DNA of 61,015 nt, filler included, from Trypethelium eluteriae (Eukaryota), in assembly GCA_051942245.1 (NCBI GenBank). It is 4 parts of 4 records of this genome, joined end to end, with 100 filler letters (N's around TTAATTAATTAA, not from the genome) between each part and the next. Parts side by side here need not be neighbours in the genome. Positions count along the whole stretch, not along the records: positions 15,353 to 30,580 come from JAVECL010000656.1; positions 30,681 to 45,802 come from JAVECL010000657.1; 2 more parts are not named here. One strand, 5' to 3'. Numbering within the stretch: the first letter of the stretch is position 1; every line of letters starts with the position of its first letter. This document shows positions 22,506 to 34,303 of this stretch, piece after piece. The position numbers were made by a program, and so were the translations under genes. The notes under the pieces are model-generated. The model was not told the DNA's origin, did no database searches, and worked only from the letters and a program-made list of their open reading frames with translations.

Positions 22506-23422
22506 ATGGCTTCGTGTCTCATCACTGGCGCCTCAAGAGGCTTCGGGCTGGCACTCGCCCGCCGACTTGCTTCCTTCCCAGCCTCAGATGTTAGCAAAGT
22601 CTTTGCAACTGCCAGAGGAGATGCACCCGCGCTAGAGGAGCTCGCCAAAAGTCCACCTGGTCGAGTCATGCTTGTTAAACTCGACGTTACTGACGAATCA
22701 TCCATAAAAGAAGCCGCAGCCGAGATTGAAGCAAACTTGCAGGGCGAAGGACTAGACATCTTGATCAACAATGCCGGAATATGCCAATATGCTTCCGACG
22801 GAGTCAAATCAATGTGAGCTGTTCTTGACCTAAACCCGTCGGGACATTGATCGGCTTACAACTCAGGGATAATCTCGCGGACAGCTTTACCGTCAATGTC
22901 CTTAGCGTCCACTGGGTGACTAGAGCATTTCTTCCACTCCTACGCAAGGGCGCCCTGAAGAAAGTGGCCAATATGTAAGGCGAGAATCTAGCCTTTATCC
23001 CTTTCAATTCTAACGAGACCAAGTTCAACCACACTGGCCTCCATTACGCTATCTCGTTCTGCCAATTACCTCCCGGCCCCAGCCTACAAGATCTCCAAAG
23101 CAGCTATGAACTCCTTGACTGTCCAGTACGCTCTCGATTACGAAAAGGAAGGCTTTACATTCGTAGCACTCTGCCCAGGCGTACGTATCCTGACATTTCG
23201 CGATTTAAGACAGAGTACTAAATTGTTGGTCAGTGGATGAAAACTGATTTAGGTGGCGGCGAGATGGCAGATTTGACTGCTGATGAGGGCGCTAAGGCTT
23301 CATTGGAGATGATTTTTAGACCGGGGCAGGACTTGAATGGGCAATTCCCAAAAGTACTCGTCAAGGGTTGGGAAAAGGCCGAGGACAACAATCAGTATGA
23401 TGGGACTAACTCTCCGTGGTAA
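22506..23422 (+). CDS. Short-chain dehydrogenase/reductase (C-factor/sniffer-like)
   Basis: Exons 22506-22813, 22867-22974, 23024-23180, 23234-23422. Motifs TGASRGFG, DILINNAG, catalytic YKISK, CPGWMKTDLGG. Confidence 0.93.
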
Positions 23423-23994
23423 TGGTTATGTTTCTGCCCTCCTTGATGTTTTTGTACCTTGAGACGGCCTCGTGAAAAGGTTCACTAGGAATGTCAACTC
23501 GGAATGAAAAAGAACATTCGAGAGATGGTGGGGAATAGATGCAAGCCTTACAAAGCATTCTTTAAGAAAATAACCACAGGGTGAAATCTACAATCTCAGC
23601 CTTGACGTCTTGCTTTCGGGTACCCATTCTCCATCCACTACAATTCGGAATCTTAGGCTTTTCTGTCATTTGTTGAGTCTTCGAATCTCAAAAATTCCAA
23701 GTCTCCGAACGACAGATACGATGCACCTCAGCATCACTCCCTTTGCGCCTTAAGTTCTTCCTTCTCGTTCTAATCTCAAGACGAAAACCTCTCTTTTCTT
23801 ATGTGACATCTTCTTATGCAGTAAACCTGGAAAGAGAAGATATCACCAAGTCCCGAAGCTTGTCACCGGTCTCTAAAAGATCCGATTTGGCGACAGTTGA
23901 AAGAACCGTCTTCAATAGCATCTAATTCAAAGTTCGCGAAATGGGGTTCGCGGCTTAGGTCATGATATATTGGAGATCCGTCCGACACTCTGGA

Positions 23995-26413
23995 TTAATG
24001 GCTAAAATCCATTACAGGTATCGACCAGTTAATCTGTCTATCTTGCGTCATGCTCATTGAAACAAGATCATCCCGCGAATTCATATGCGATGGATTAAAA
24101 GAAGTCCAACTCGCCATATCGCCTTCTGCCGACGTCACACTCATCGTCATCAAGTCGTTCATTGAACGCAAATCCGCCGGGTCACAAGAGAGCCAGCTCA
24201 CCACTTCGTCCGCAGCCGGTGTAGTCTGCAGCTGAGAAGTACTTGTTGCTGTATTTTCGACTTCCTGATTCTGACCTAGGGCCACCTCATCAGTCCCCGT
24301 CTCAGTCCCTGTCTCAGTTCCCGTCCCTGTGCTGGCCTCTGATGCTTTGCTCATAAGGCGGGTCAAGGTACTTGCCCCAACATCTGCCATGCTACTTACC
24401 TCGGCAAGCATTCGTAGCCGCTTCAGAGCCTCTTGCACGGCCTGTATGCACCCATGCCGCGTGACATTGCGTATTCCTGCTTGAAGCGGATCCATCTTGG
24501 CGTTGAGCGCGCCCAGTGGAGGGACCTGCTGATGATCACGGTCTCTCGGGAACAATGGATCCATGTACAAACACACGAGCAGCACTGCTGCTTCAAATGT
24601 TGAGAATATAAGCCCCGCAAAGCGTGTGTGGCAGCCTCCAAGCAAGGCATGCAACTGAGTGACGCAGTCTAGGGTGTGCAGCGCCGCTGCAGCCAACGCC
24701 TTTTCCTGCGAGCCTAAGAGCACGCGCTTATACATCGGTAGGGGCAGACTTTCCACACGGTCGTGATCGTGGGGGAGGAACGAAGGCCGCCGAAAGAGCA
24801 GCGGCCGGAAGTTCCAGCATAATGAGTCGTAGATTGCGATATGGAGGAGCTGCCGCTGCAGAGGCAGTTTCACGAGGCGCTTGTCCCATGTTTCGTCCGG
24901 ATCCACGAGGGCGAAGGCGGGCGGGAGTTGCGCGAGGTATTCGCAACAGAACTTGTCGTACCGTTCTTCGGCCACCATCATGTCGTACTCGGCGCCTTCC
25001 ATGGGGCCAATACTACGCCAGAAATCGGCCAGGCGGGCTTGAAGGAGCCGTTCGGTGAAAAGTTCGGGCGCTGATGTACTCATTTCTATGCTGTTTCCTC
25101 CACCTCCATCTACACCTCTACTTCCGAGGAGATGAAACTGCGGCCAATGTTCGGGACGCAGGCAACCGGGGAGGAAAGCAATGCGGTCCAGCTGACGGGA
25201 GAGCAGACTGTCCCAGATATAGAGGTTGCAGAACGTCCTGCGTTCCATCTCTCGATCGATTTCGTCCATTCCCTGCCGTGATCTCGTAGCGTCGCTGTGT
25301 ATACCGACTCTCTGTGCAACCCGAATGACATGGCTCAGCACTTCCCAGGACGCGATTGTCTTTCCTTCTATCTGGTATCGGAGCCCAGAGAATGCCAAAT
25401 GCTGGACCCGAGTCAAGGAACCTCGACCATCTGCCGCTGTGCTGATGGCTACGAGGCTATCCGCCGTTTCATCGCACGTATTGCGTACATCAGCGAGCAG
25501 CACTCCACGAATCTTGTCGAGGGTGTAACCCGGAGACGGGAGGAATTGCGACGCGTAGGAGCAGATGCGCAAGATGAGGATAGCAAAGTCCACCTCTGTT
25601 ACGAGCCTCACCCGTTCTGGCATCCACCACCGCTGATATTTTGCGAGGAACCAAGGAAGGTGTATCAACTGGTCCATCCTGTCCGAACTACGTGTCAGTA
25701 TAGTCCCGAGCAAAGTCGGTCAGTCAAAGTGAAAATGGATAAAGGACGAACCAGTTAACTTCAGCTACGAAGTATTGTATCAAGAAGTCTAAAATTGGTC
25801 GGTTGGGTATCTGCTCAAGGTTTCGATGGACCTCGTCAGCAGCTTCAGGGGTAAGCGCCGGGGAGCTGCTGTGTGGGCTTTCGTGGCGGGCTAATCCTAG
25901 CTGGACGCAAGTTAATGTCTCAAAGTTGCGCGTTTAGCTGCTGACGAGATGCTGGAGAAGAGGTACTTGCATTTAGTATAAGGGCCAGTGTGTTACTGTC
26001 ACTGCCTTCGAAGTAACCAAACGATTCAGCGAATAACGGATTCGACCACAGCATAGTGGGTGTTGTGGGGTTTGTGTGTGTGTTCCACCCGTTTTCTAAG
26101 CGCAGGGGCCGGTTACTCGATCTTTTCACTTTGTCTCTGTGTGTCTCCTCTCTTCGAGAAATGGAAGGGGTCGGAGGTCTGGACGTTTGGCTTGCCGCAG
26201 TAGAATGGTAGGCACATTCAGCGGGGCATTGTCGCCGAGCACAATGATTACAAGGGTATTCGCGATTGCACTGTTGTGAAGATCATCAACATGAAGCGTT
26301 CGAAGGGATTGTGAGTAAGAGGCCTCCGGATTGTGGTACTATACCTTTTGTTTCCGTGTGTAGCATGGTATACACGATGAAACAACACGTTTTCGGCCAG
26401 AACTCATTTTCAT
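23995..26413 (-). CDS. Zn(II)2Cys6 transcription factor with fungal-specific TF domain
   Basis: Spliced binuclear cluster CIPCYTRKQK/CNREYPCNHCARRQCPAEC near 26370-26215. Middle-homology region EMERRTFCNLYIWDSLLSRQLDR. Internal exon boundaries not all resolved. Confidence 0.9.
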
Positions 26414-28065
26414 TGGAAGACTAGCAAGATCGTTGACGCAGAGAGTACATTCGAAGAGAGGAAGAATTTTCCAGCTTCTATGCTAAGAATCTGCTCGGTT
26501 TCGAACTGCTGTGAACACTTTATTGTTCTTTCTTTGGATGGGATTTTTCCCATGTATTGGTAATCGAGTACACCGCGAATCGCGACAGTTATTGAACAGC
26601 GGGCAGGTACCTGCTTCTACGCGTGCCCCGACACTCCCGCAGCGGAGCAGACTCTGTCAAGAGGATTATGCTTGGGTTTCTGGAGTGGAGGTTCAATATC
26701 TCCAACCGCAAGCGAAAGATCTCAAGATATTTTGCCCAGTTCAGTGAGATTAGCAAAGAATTATGAGAGTCGGGCGAACCGGAGAAAGTCATTCAGGTCG
26801 TTCCGCTCTTCGATTCATACGCATGACTTGACCGTGCCTCATCTTCGCGACCAGGCAGGCTAGGTAGCCATCAGACGTGCCATGATAGTGCAACGTACTG
26901 TAGCTGCGGTAGTGAGGCAAGGCTCCCTAGCTCTTATATACTAGTGCAATGCCCCGCCATCTTCCTGCTGGTATGCCACAGTAAATCCCGTGCCTCTCGG
27001 ATCTCGCTTCCAATTACCCAGTGCGAGACTTGTTTTGTTGGCAGTTTTGTTTTGTTTTGTGGGGATTTGAGGCTGAGGCTATCGTAAGCTGTCAGTAGAG
27101 TCTTGAAGCGAGGAAGCTCGGACAGGGTTCGCATCACGTGATACGATAACCCTTGGTAAGGATCTCTTGGGCACTCCAAAACTCTGATTGGCCCCACAAG
27201 TCTGGAGGGATCTACCTGTCCAAATACACGAATGTAGTATGAAGAGTCGCATGCAATCCAGAAACTTGTGTTGAATCAAGCATGAAGCTGTCTCTACTTT
27301 TAAAAAAGTCGCCCTCTTTATATCTCTCCATGAATTAATCTAGTATGGGAGTCCTCCAAGTAGCCACGACTAGATGTGAAAGGGGGAGGAGAGGAATGTA
27401 ATGAAATTTCTTTACGGCTATCTTGTATCTCCGATGTTATTTCCAGGCTAATTGACGTATTCTGACCAAACTCGGTGAGGGTCTTACCCTCCAAACCATC
27501 ATCCTCAGCTAAAGAAGATTGGCCAATGCCCGTTAAGCTCCTGCACCATTTGTCGCTGGAACCGACGCCCGATTACCTTCTCCACTGCTTGACGTAGGGA
27601 CCGACGCCCGTTTACTCTGTTCTCTTTCCTATTTGACGGCACACAGAGCATAGTCGTAAGGACGCTTAGAGTCTTTGGTGTCGAATCCGCCACATTTTGC
27701 TTTCTGCAGCAGGACACAGGCTGTATTTTGGCGCGAGGGTCCTTCAGACGGCACAGAAGATAGATGTTGATATTTTCTGACAGGATTGGTCATTATCTAT
27801 GCTGGCAACAGAGCAAAGTATAATGGGAATGCCTGCTCGCTATCATACTCTACCCGTCTCTTAGCATCTTCATATTATCTCCACGATAACATATCTTTCC
27901 TCATTTACTCATTTGCCTGCACGTTGTCTCTGCTACCCATTTCTTTCGACGGTAATCTAGATATCGTTGTCTTTAGACGCTTGATCTCGAATATCATAAC
28001 AGCCGGGCCTCGTTAAACATCAATACTACTGTAGTGCAGCCCCTAACACCTGCCAATCTCTTGGG

Positions 28066-29998
28066 ATGTCATCCCAGAGCTTCATTTCATATATGACAGA
28101 TAGTGCGCCGAAATCGCTTCTTTTTATTTCAGCAGGTACATGGATCGTCTACCAATTTATCAAGTCAACTTATAATCTCTTTTTCCACCCTTTGAGTCAT
28201 ATTCCCGGACCTAAGCTCGCGGCTGCGACATATCTTCCAGAGTTTTACTACGATGTGATAAGGTCTGGCCGTTACACAAAGCGTATCCAGCAGATGCATG
28301 AACAATATGGTATGATAGTCTTTGCAATCCCACTCACTCAATCCCTATTGGCATGCTAACATATTTGCTCAGGCCCTATTGTTCGCATTAACCCCGACGA
28401 AGTGCACTGCAGCGATGGCAATTTCATCGAGGAGATTTACGCAGTAGGAAGCAGAAAACGTGACAAGCCTCTGCACCAGGTCAGGGGTAGCGGAGTGTAA
28501 GAAATCCTGATATACTCCTGAGCAGGCAATCTTGTCGGGCTTATATTATAAACTTTAAGTACGCAAGTAGGCTAATCTTCCTCCACAACTCAGTGCCGAG
28601 CATGCAACCTTCTCAACTGCGAACCACGACGTCCATCGCATGCGACGGAATGCTCTGGCGAAATACTTCTCCCGCGCCCAAGTCTCACGACTAGAACCGA
28701 CAGTCCGTGATCTTGCCGAAAGTCTCTGCAATAAGATCTTGGTCGTGGGGAAAGGGGCACCATTTGATCTCACCACGGCGTACAGTCTATTCACTACAGA
28801 TGTCATTTCTGGGTACTGCTTAGGCGAGAACCTCGGTCTCATCGCGCAGAAAGGCTGGAAGCCAAATTTTCGAGAGCCGCTGTACGCACAGCTAAGGCTC
28901 GTATACTTGTTCCGTTTTATTCCATTTCTGAAACACGCAGGAGTAGCCATGGCAGCGTAATGATCCGTTATTCGACGATATGATGTAGGAGAATCACAAG
29001 CTAAAATAAGAAAAAGGCTCACCAAACGCCTCTCAACAGACATGAAAACGTTATTCAATGCACTTATAGTAAGTTCAGACTATCATATGTAGAAAGAAAC
29101 CAAATCAGGCCCTTACGGTTCGTGTGATACTATTAGGTCGATATGCCCAATTATGTAAAGAAAGCACAGGCCGATCTCGACAATGGCTTCGACAATGGTA
29201 CGACAGTATTTGCGTCTCTACTACAATCAGACCTGCCACCAAGCGAGAAGTCTCTTCAGCGTATGACAGAAGAAGGCTTCTCTCTGTTTGCGGCCGGCAC
29301 AGAGACAGTTAGCTGGGCTTTGACGGTCATCAGTTACCATCTCCTTACGAAGCCAGCAATGCTTGAAGAACTCACTGCAGAAGTTAGCGGAGTCGTTGAT
29401 AGTTCAGGGCAGCTACCGCCATGGGCGACGCTCGAGAAGCTTCCCTATCTCGGTGCTGTTGTTCATGAGGGTTTGCGTCTCTCGTACGGTCTTGCAAGCC
29501 GGACCTCGCGCATTGCAACCGCGGAAGACTTGATTTACCGTGGCGATTGGACCCCTAAAGGCAGTCAGACGTCAACCATAGCCAATTATGTGATACCAAG
29601 AGGATATGCAATTGGTATGTCCTCCGCGATTATGCATCATGATGAACGCTTTTTCCCACATTCACACTGTTTCCTTCCGGATCGATGGTTGGATGAGAAG
29701 AAGCAGCATAGGAAACAACTCGATCGTGCTCTCCTCGCGTTCTCGAAAGGAAGCCGCGGATGCATTGGTATCAAGTACGTTGTACAACTATCTGTTGACT
29801 GATCATTTTTCACTGATTATATCTTCTCGCAGCCTTGCTTACTGTGAGCTATATCTGTTGCTCGCTCTGTTGACTCTTCGTGTATTTCCACGCATGCAAT
29901 TGCACGAGACCACCGAGACAGATATCACTTATGACCATGACTTCTTCAATCCGTTTCCAGTGTGGAACAGCCAGGGTGTAAGGGCGATTATTGTTTGA
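28066..29998 (+). CDS. Cytochrome P450 monooxygenase (trichodiene-oxygenase-like group)
   Basis: Multi-exon. [30 protein letters not shown]-helix AAGTETVS, ExxR (EGLR), FLPDRW, heme motif [10 protein letters not shown] at about 29740-29769. Confidence 0.95.
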
Positions 29999-30484
29999 TT
30001 AAACGTGTCATGTAGGGATTTAAAGGAAAATGTAAGCCGAGGAAGTCTTAGTATAAGCGAATGATGGTTTTTTCGCAGAGTGGAGGGAAGAAACAGATTT
30101 TCGAATCCCCCACATTGACTTGTCTACAATGACTTTCCCATAATAGAATGGTACAAGATATCGTATCCCCATTTGAGCTAAGAATAACATTTGAGGACTG
30201 CACAAACACACCAGGATACTTGGTGGCGACCGGCGGCGAGGTATGATACTCTAAAATACTTGAAATTGTAGTTGACCATCCTGAGTCCAATCTTGGAATT
30301 GTGGCGTGAGGAAGCACGCGGGTGCCAAAAAAACTGATACACGAAAATCTCCCCCACCATAGCTCCGCACCTAAATTTCTATGCAACTAGATGCTGTGCA
30401 CAACGCCTAAATATTCGTAAATTTTCAGATATCTATGAAGCCATTCAGAGCTATTTTCGTGATGTATGACGTCAAAAAACCACA

Positions 30485-30520
30485 GTGCCTACGTGCCTAC
30501 GTGCCTACGTGCCTGCCTAT
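30485..30520. repeat. Short tandem repeat (GTGCCTAC)x3 plus a degenerate copy
   Basis: gtgcctacgtgcctacgtgcctacgtgcctgcctat. Confidence 0.8.
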
Positions 30521-30580
30521 CTGTCTCAATATCCTGTCATCTTACCCTCACCTTGGATGACTGCATCTAGTCGTTTAGGC

Positions 30581-30680
30581 NNNNNNNNNNNNNNNNNNNN
30601 NNNNNNNNNNNNNNNNNNNNNNNNTTAATTAATTAANNNNNNNNNNNNNNNNNNNNNNNNNNNNNNNNNNNNNNNNNNNN
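30581..30680. other. Artificial contig-joining spacer
   Basis: N44 + TTAATTAATTAA + N44. Confidence 0.98.
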
Positions 30681-31048
30681 CTCCACCTCCACCTCCACCA
30701 ACTTCAACTTTTCCGCCCCACCATCTCCACCATCCCGTTCCCGTGCACGGAGGCGCATGTGGATCGCTATAGCGATCCTTCGGAATAATGCGAGCATGTT
30801 GCCTAGGGTACATGCGTAAGCCCATTCGTCCTCGTAAAGGAAGCCTGAAGCACCCTCATGCCGCGTGGCAACCTCCATGAAGAGCGCCAAGGAGCATGGG
30901 CCGAGGCACGATGAGCTTACAGAGCTTAGAGGACACAAGGATTAATCCAAGTCATCACTGGTTGCGGCAGTCGCGGATTTCTCTTTGTAAATGTGGGTGA
31001 TACGATAGATGAGTGGGCGTTTCATTTTCCTAGCACACCTCAGTCGCC

Positions 31049-31986
31049 ATGACCTTTGGCATTCTCGCAGAGTCTACAGAGAAACCTCTTCCTTCAGACC
31101 CTACCCTCCGTGAGGACGTGAAGCATGTCCTTGAAAATGGCTATGTTATCATCAGAGATTGCTTTTCGAAAGAAGAGGCCGCTGAAGCCAAAGCCGAGAT
31201 GGATCGTCTGACTGGAAAAGATCCAATTCATGGTCGTAATGCGTTTGAAGGCTTCAATACCATCCGAATATACTCCCTCTTAAACAAAAGCCGTGTCTTC
31301 GACAAGTTTGCAATACTTCCCCGTGTCCTTGCCCTCAATGATTATTTTCTGGAGCCAGGCTACAATATTACAGTCTATCAGACCATCCAGATTGCTCCGG
31401 GAGAGGTCGCGCAACCCTTACATTATGATGATATCTTCATTCGACGACCACGACCCAGGGCGCCTTATGGTTCAGCGATAATGCTCGCCTTCGACGACTA
31501 TACAGAAGAGAATGGCGCCACGCGTGTCATTCCCGGAAGTCACAAATGGGCCGACCGCAAAGGCAAAGACGAAGAGACAATACCTTGCGTGTGCCCTGCT
31601 GGCAGCGTAATCTTCTTTCTTTCGGGTCTGTGGCACGGTGCGGGCCCTAACACTTCTTCGAGGCCTAGATACAGCGCTACTTTGCAATTCTGCTCTCCCT
31701 ATATTCGACCAATTGAGAATCAGATACTGGCGGTGGATCCGAGAAAGCTGAAGGACATTCCAAAGAAGATAGTCGATATGATGGGATATCGTACTTACCG
31801 GCCATTCGTCGGTTATGGTAAGTGGTACCCTCGATTGAAGCTGGTACGTAATCGAACATGACTAAATCTGATGCAGCTGATGGGTTAAGCCCTCTGAAGG
31901 CGTCAGAGAGGATGGTGGAATGGCTTCAACGGCCGGTGGACTATGATCCCCCAACCTTCGCTCATGGTGTAGACAGCAAATTGTAG
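31049..31986 (+). CDS. Phytanoyl-CoA dioxygenase (PhyH)-family Fe(II)/2-oxoglutarate oxygenase with C-terminal SKL
   Basis: Exons 31049-31817 and 31877-31986. Motifs ENGYVII, QPLHYDD (HxD), NGATRVIPGSHKW, LWHGAG, distal R. Spliced product ends ...GVDSKL*. Confidence 0.92.
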
Positions 31987-32511
31987 ATGTACACACTGAA
32001 TTGTAGACTTCATAGAAAAAGTATCCAAGACGTATCTGACGCGTAGTGCCTTATTGAGCCCGTCAATGAGAGCTTACCTCGTAGTCGTAGCTTCGTGATA
32101 CCAGCAGGTCTAGAGTTGCAAAAGTTTGTCGCACTCTGGGCGGCAAATGGCAGCAGTCTCGTGGTCGAGCCATGAACTCTGCAGTACTCTAGAGTATTGT
32201 CTAATGTCATTCATGCCCTTTCTGACAAGAAATTTTCCGGCTCTGAACAAGTGGTATACCTCAGTTTGCACACTTTGCTCAGGCTGAGTCAGCTTTATGA
32301 TCATGAGCCCAAATATTTTGACTGTGCTGCAAGAGCGACGCGGGCTGATGATGGCTTGCTTCAGAGCCCAGGCAGACTTCGACCACCAACTTCATCCACC
32401 CTAAAACTTCGGAGGATTCAAAAGAACAGAATGCTACAGAAGCCAACGTATTCATAAAGCAGACTCTTGTTTTACCATTCTCTACCGAGACATCTATTCG
32501 GAATCCTCTTG

Positions 32512-33096
32512 ATGACAAACCGCAGAGCAAACCCACATGCTCAAAACACAGGGAGATCATTAGACTACGCCCAATCACAATTCGAAAATTTTTGGGGTAG
32601 TCCCCAAGCCGAAGCCGAAGAACGCATTCGACACGTTCTCCGATTCTTTACAGAGAATTCCAGCAACAAGGATGGTAGTACTGAGGATCGCTTCGAGACA
32701 GCTGGACTCCGCCTTGTCACCCTGAAATCCGCCTCCCTCGACACCCGCAGTGCAACTTTCTCACTAACAATCCCGCCACAACTATGCTCAAAATTCCGAA
32801 CTCTCCATGGCGCTGCGTCCGCTATGTTGCTGGACATGCTGACATCGGCGTGTCTCAGCATGATAGCGAAGCCCGGGTATTTGGATGCTGGACACGTGAC
32901 TCGGAGCTTGATAATGACCTATCTAAGACCTGTACAGGAAGGCGAGAAAGTTGAAGTTGAGTGTAGGATCGTTGCGACTGGGAAGCATATTGTGAATCTC
33001 TCAGGAGAGATCAAGACTCTGGACGGCAAGATTTGTGTGAGCTGTGTGCATGATAAGGTGATTTTGGAGAAGGCGCCTCCGACTTCGAAGTTGTAA
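32512..33096 (+). CDS. Hotdog-fold acyl-CoA thioesterase (PaaI/ACOT13-like) with C-terminal SKL
   Basis: TLHGAASAMLLDMLT, GHVTRSLIMTYLRP, CVHDK; ends PPTSKL*. First ATG at 32512. Confidence 0.88.
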   Translation: MTNRRANPHAQNTGRSLDYAQSQFENFWGSPQAEAEERIRHVLRFFTENSSNKDGSTEDRFETAGLRLVTLKSASLDTRSATFSLTIPPQLCSKFRTLHGAASAMLLDMLTSACLSMIAKPGYLDAGHVTRSLIMTYLRPVQEGEKVEVECRIVATGKHIVNLSGEIKTLDGKICVSCVHDKVILEKAPPTSKL

Positions 33097-34303
33097 GTAG
33101 TTGGATAAAGGGAAAAGTGCGCTGGAAACAAGTAAGACGACCAAGAGATATCGAGTAGAATCAGTGAAGCGAACGGAGTGGCTTAAAGGGGGAGACTATG
33201 TGGCATTTCGACGTGTGAATGTTTGACTATGGAGCTAGGTTCATGTATCTACGCAAACTGGATTAAAAGGATGGATGGTTGAAGTATAAACATCCTTCAA
33301 GGTCGTCTTATAGGTATTCGACATCATTGAAATGAGTGATTCTTTCATGAGAGCGGCTCCAATCTGATGTACCCCACGATACCATTTGCGTTCATCTATC
33401 ACATTCACTTCCCCAGCATGGTCCTTTTCCAACGTCTGGAGTTCAAATTGGCCAAAAAGCGTAGCTGTCTCTATTGTAGCAATCCAGTTCATCTATGGCA
33501 TGATGACTCTGCGTGATGGCATAGCACTGAAATGCTTGCAATACTGGATAATTTCAGCTGCTAAAGCTTTTGTTCGTTCCGTGCGTTGACAAGAGGGAAC
33601 TTAATGTTAGCAGAATTTCCAGACTTTACTGCAATGCTGACAAACGTTGCTATTGCCAAATTGACAAATTTCCGAAAACAGAGATGGATACCGCAGGATG
33701 GAGATTGAAAACGTACCCGACATCTTGGTCGCGTGGGTAACCTCTGTAGACGACGGGTGAGATGTTAAAGTTCCGCCTGAGGGATTGCCTCGCACCTGTG
33801 ATAGAAATTATTAATAAATATTGATTATTTGAGAGGCGAGACATCTGCTCAAATCGATGCCGCGAAGAAGACAAAAAAGAGGAAGGCAAAAAGAAAGTCA
33901 AGCGTCCGGCGACAGAAGGATACACGAAACGGTGAGACACGGAAAACCACCACACGTTACTAATACCGCTATCCCTCAGTGCAAGCGGAGAATAACCTAG
34001 AATACTCGAGGCTTGAAGGTGATGCCGGGCGTTAACTCCCAAGCTTCGCTACAAGTCTGGCAAGCTAATGAGGTACTTTAGCTACGAGTAGCTTCCGGTC
34101 GCACCCATCGTACTTATTGCTTGGCAGGCCACGGACCACTAAATAATTACAAAGACTCTATCTGAGACTGTCGATGGACACGGCACTGAGGAACTTTCTG
34201 CTAATCCACGAATTTCAATGTGGCAGGACTTTGGGATAGGGTAGAGGGAAATGACGGCATGGCGGAGAGATGAGAAGAAAATGGAGTAAATGGGATTGAT
34301 TAC

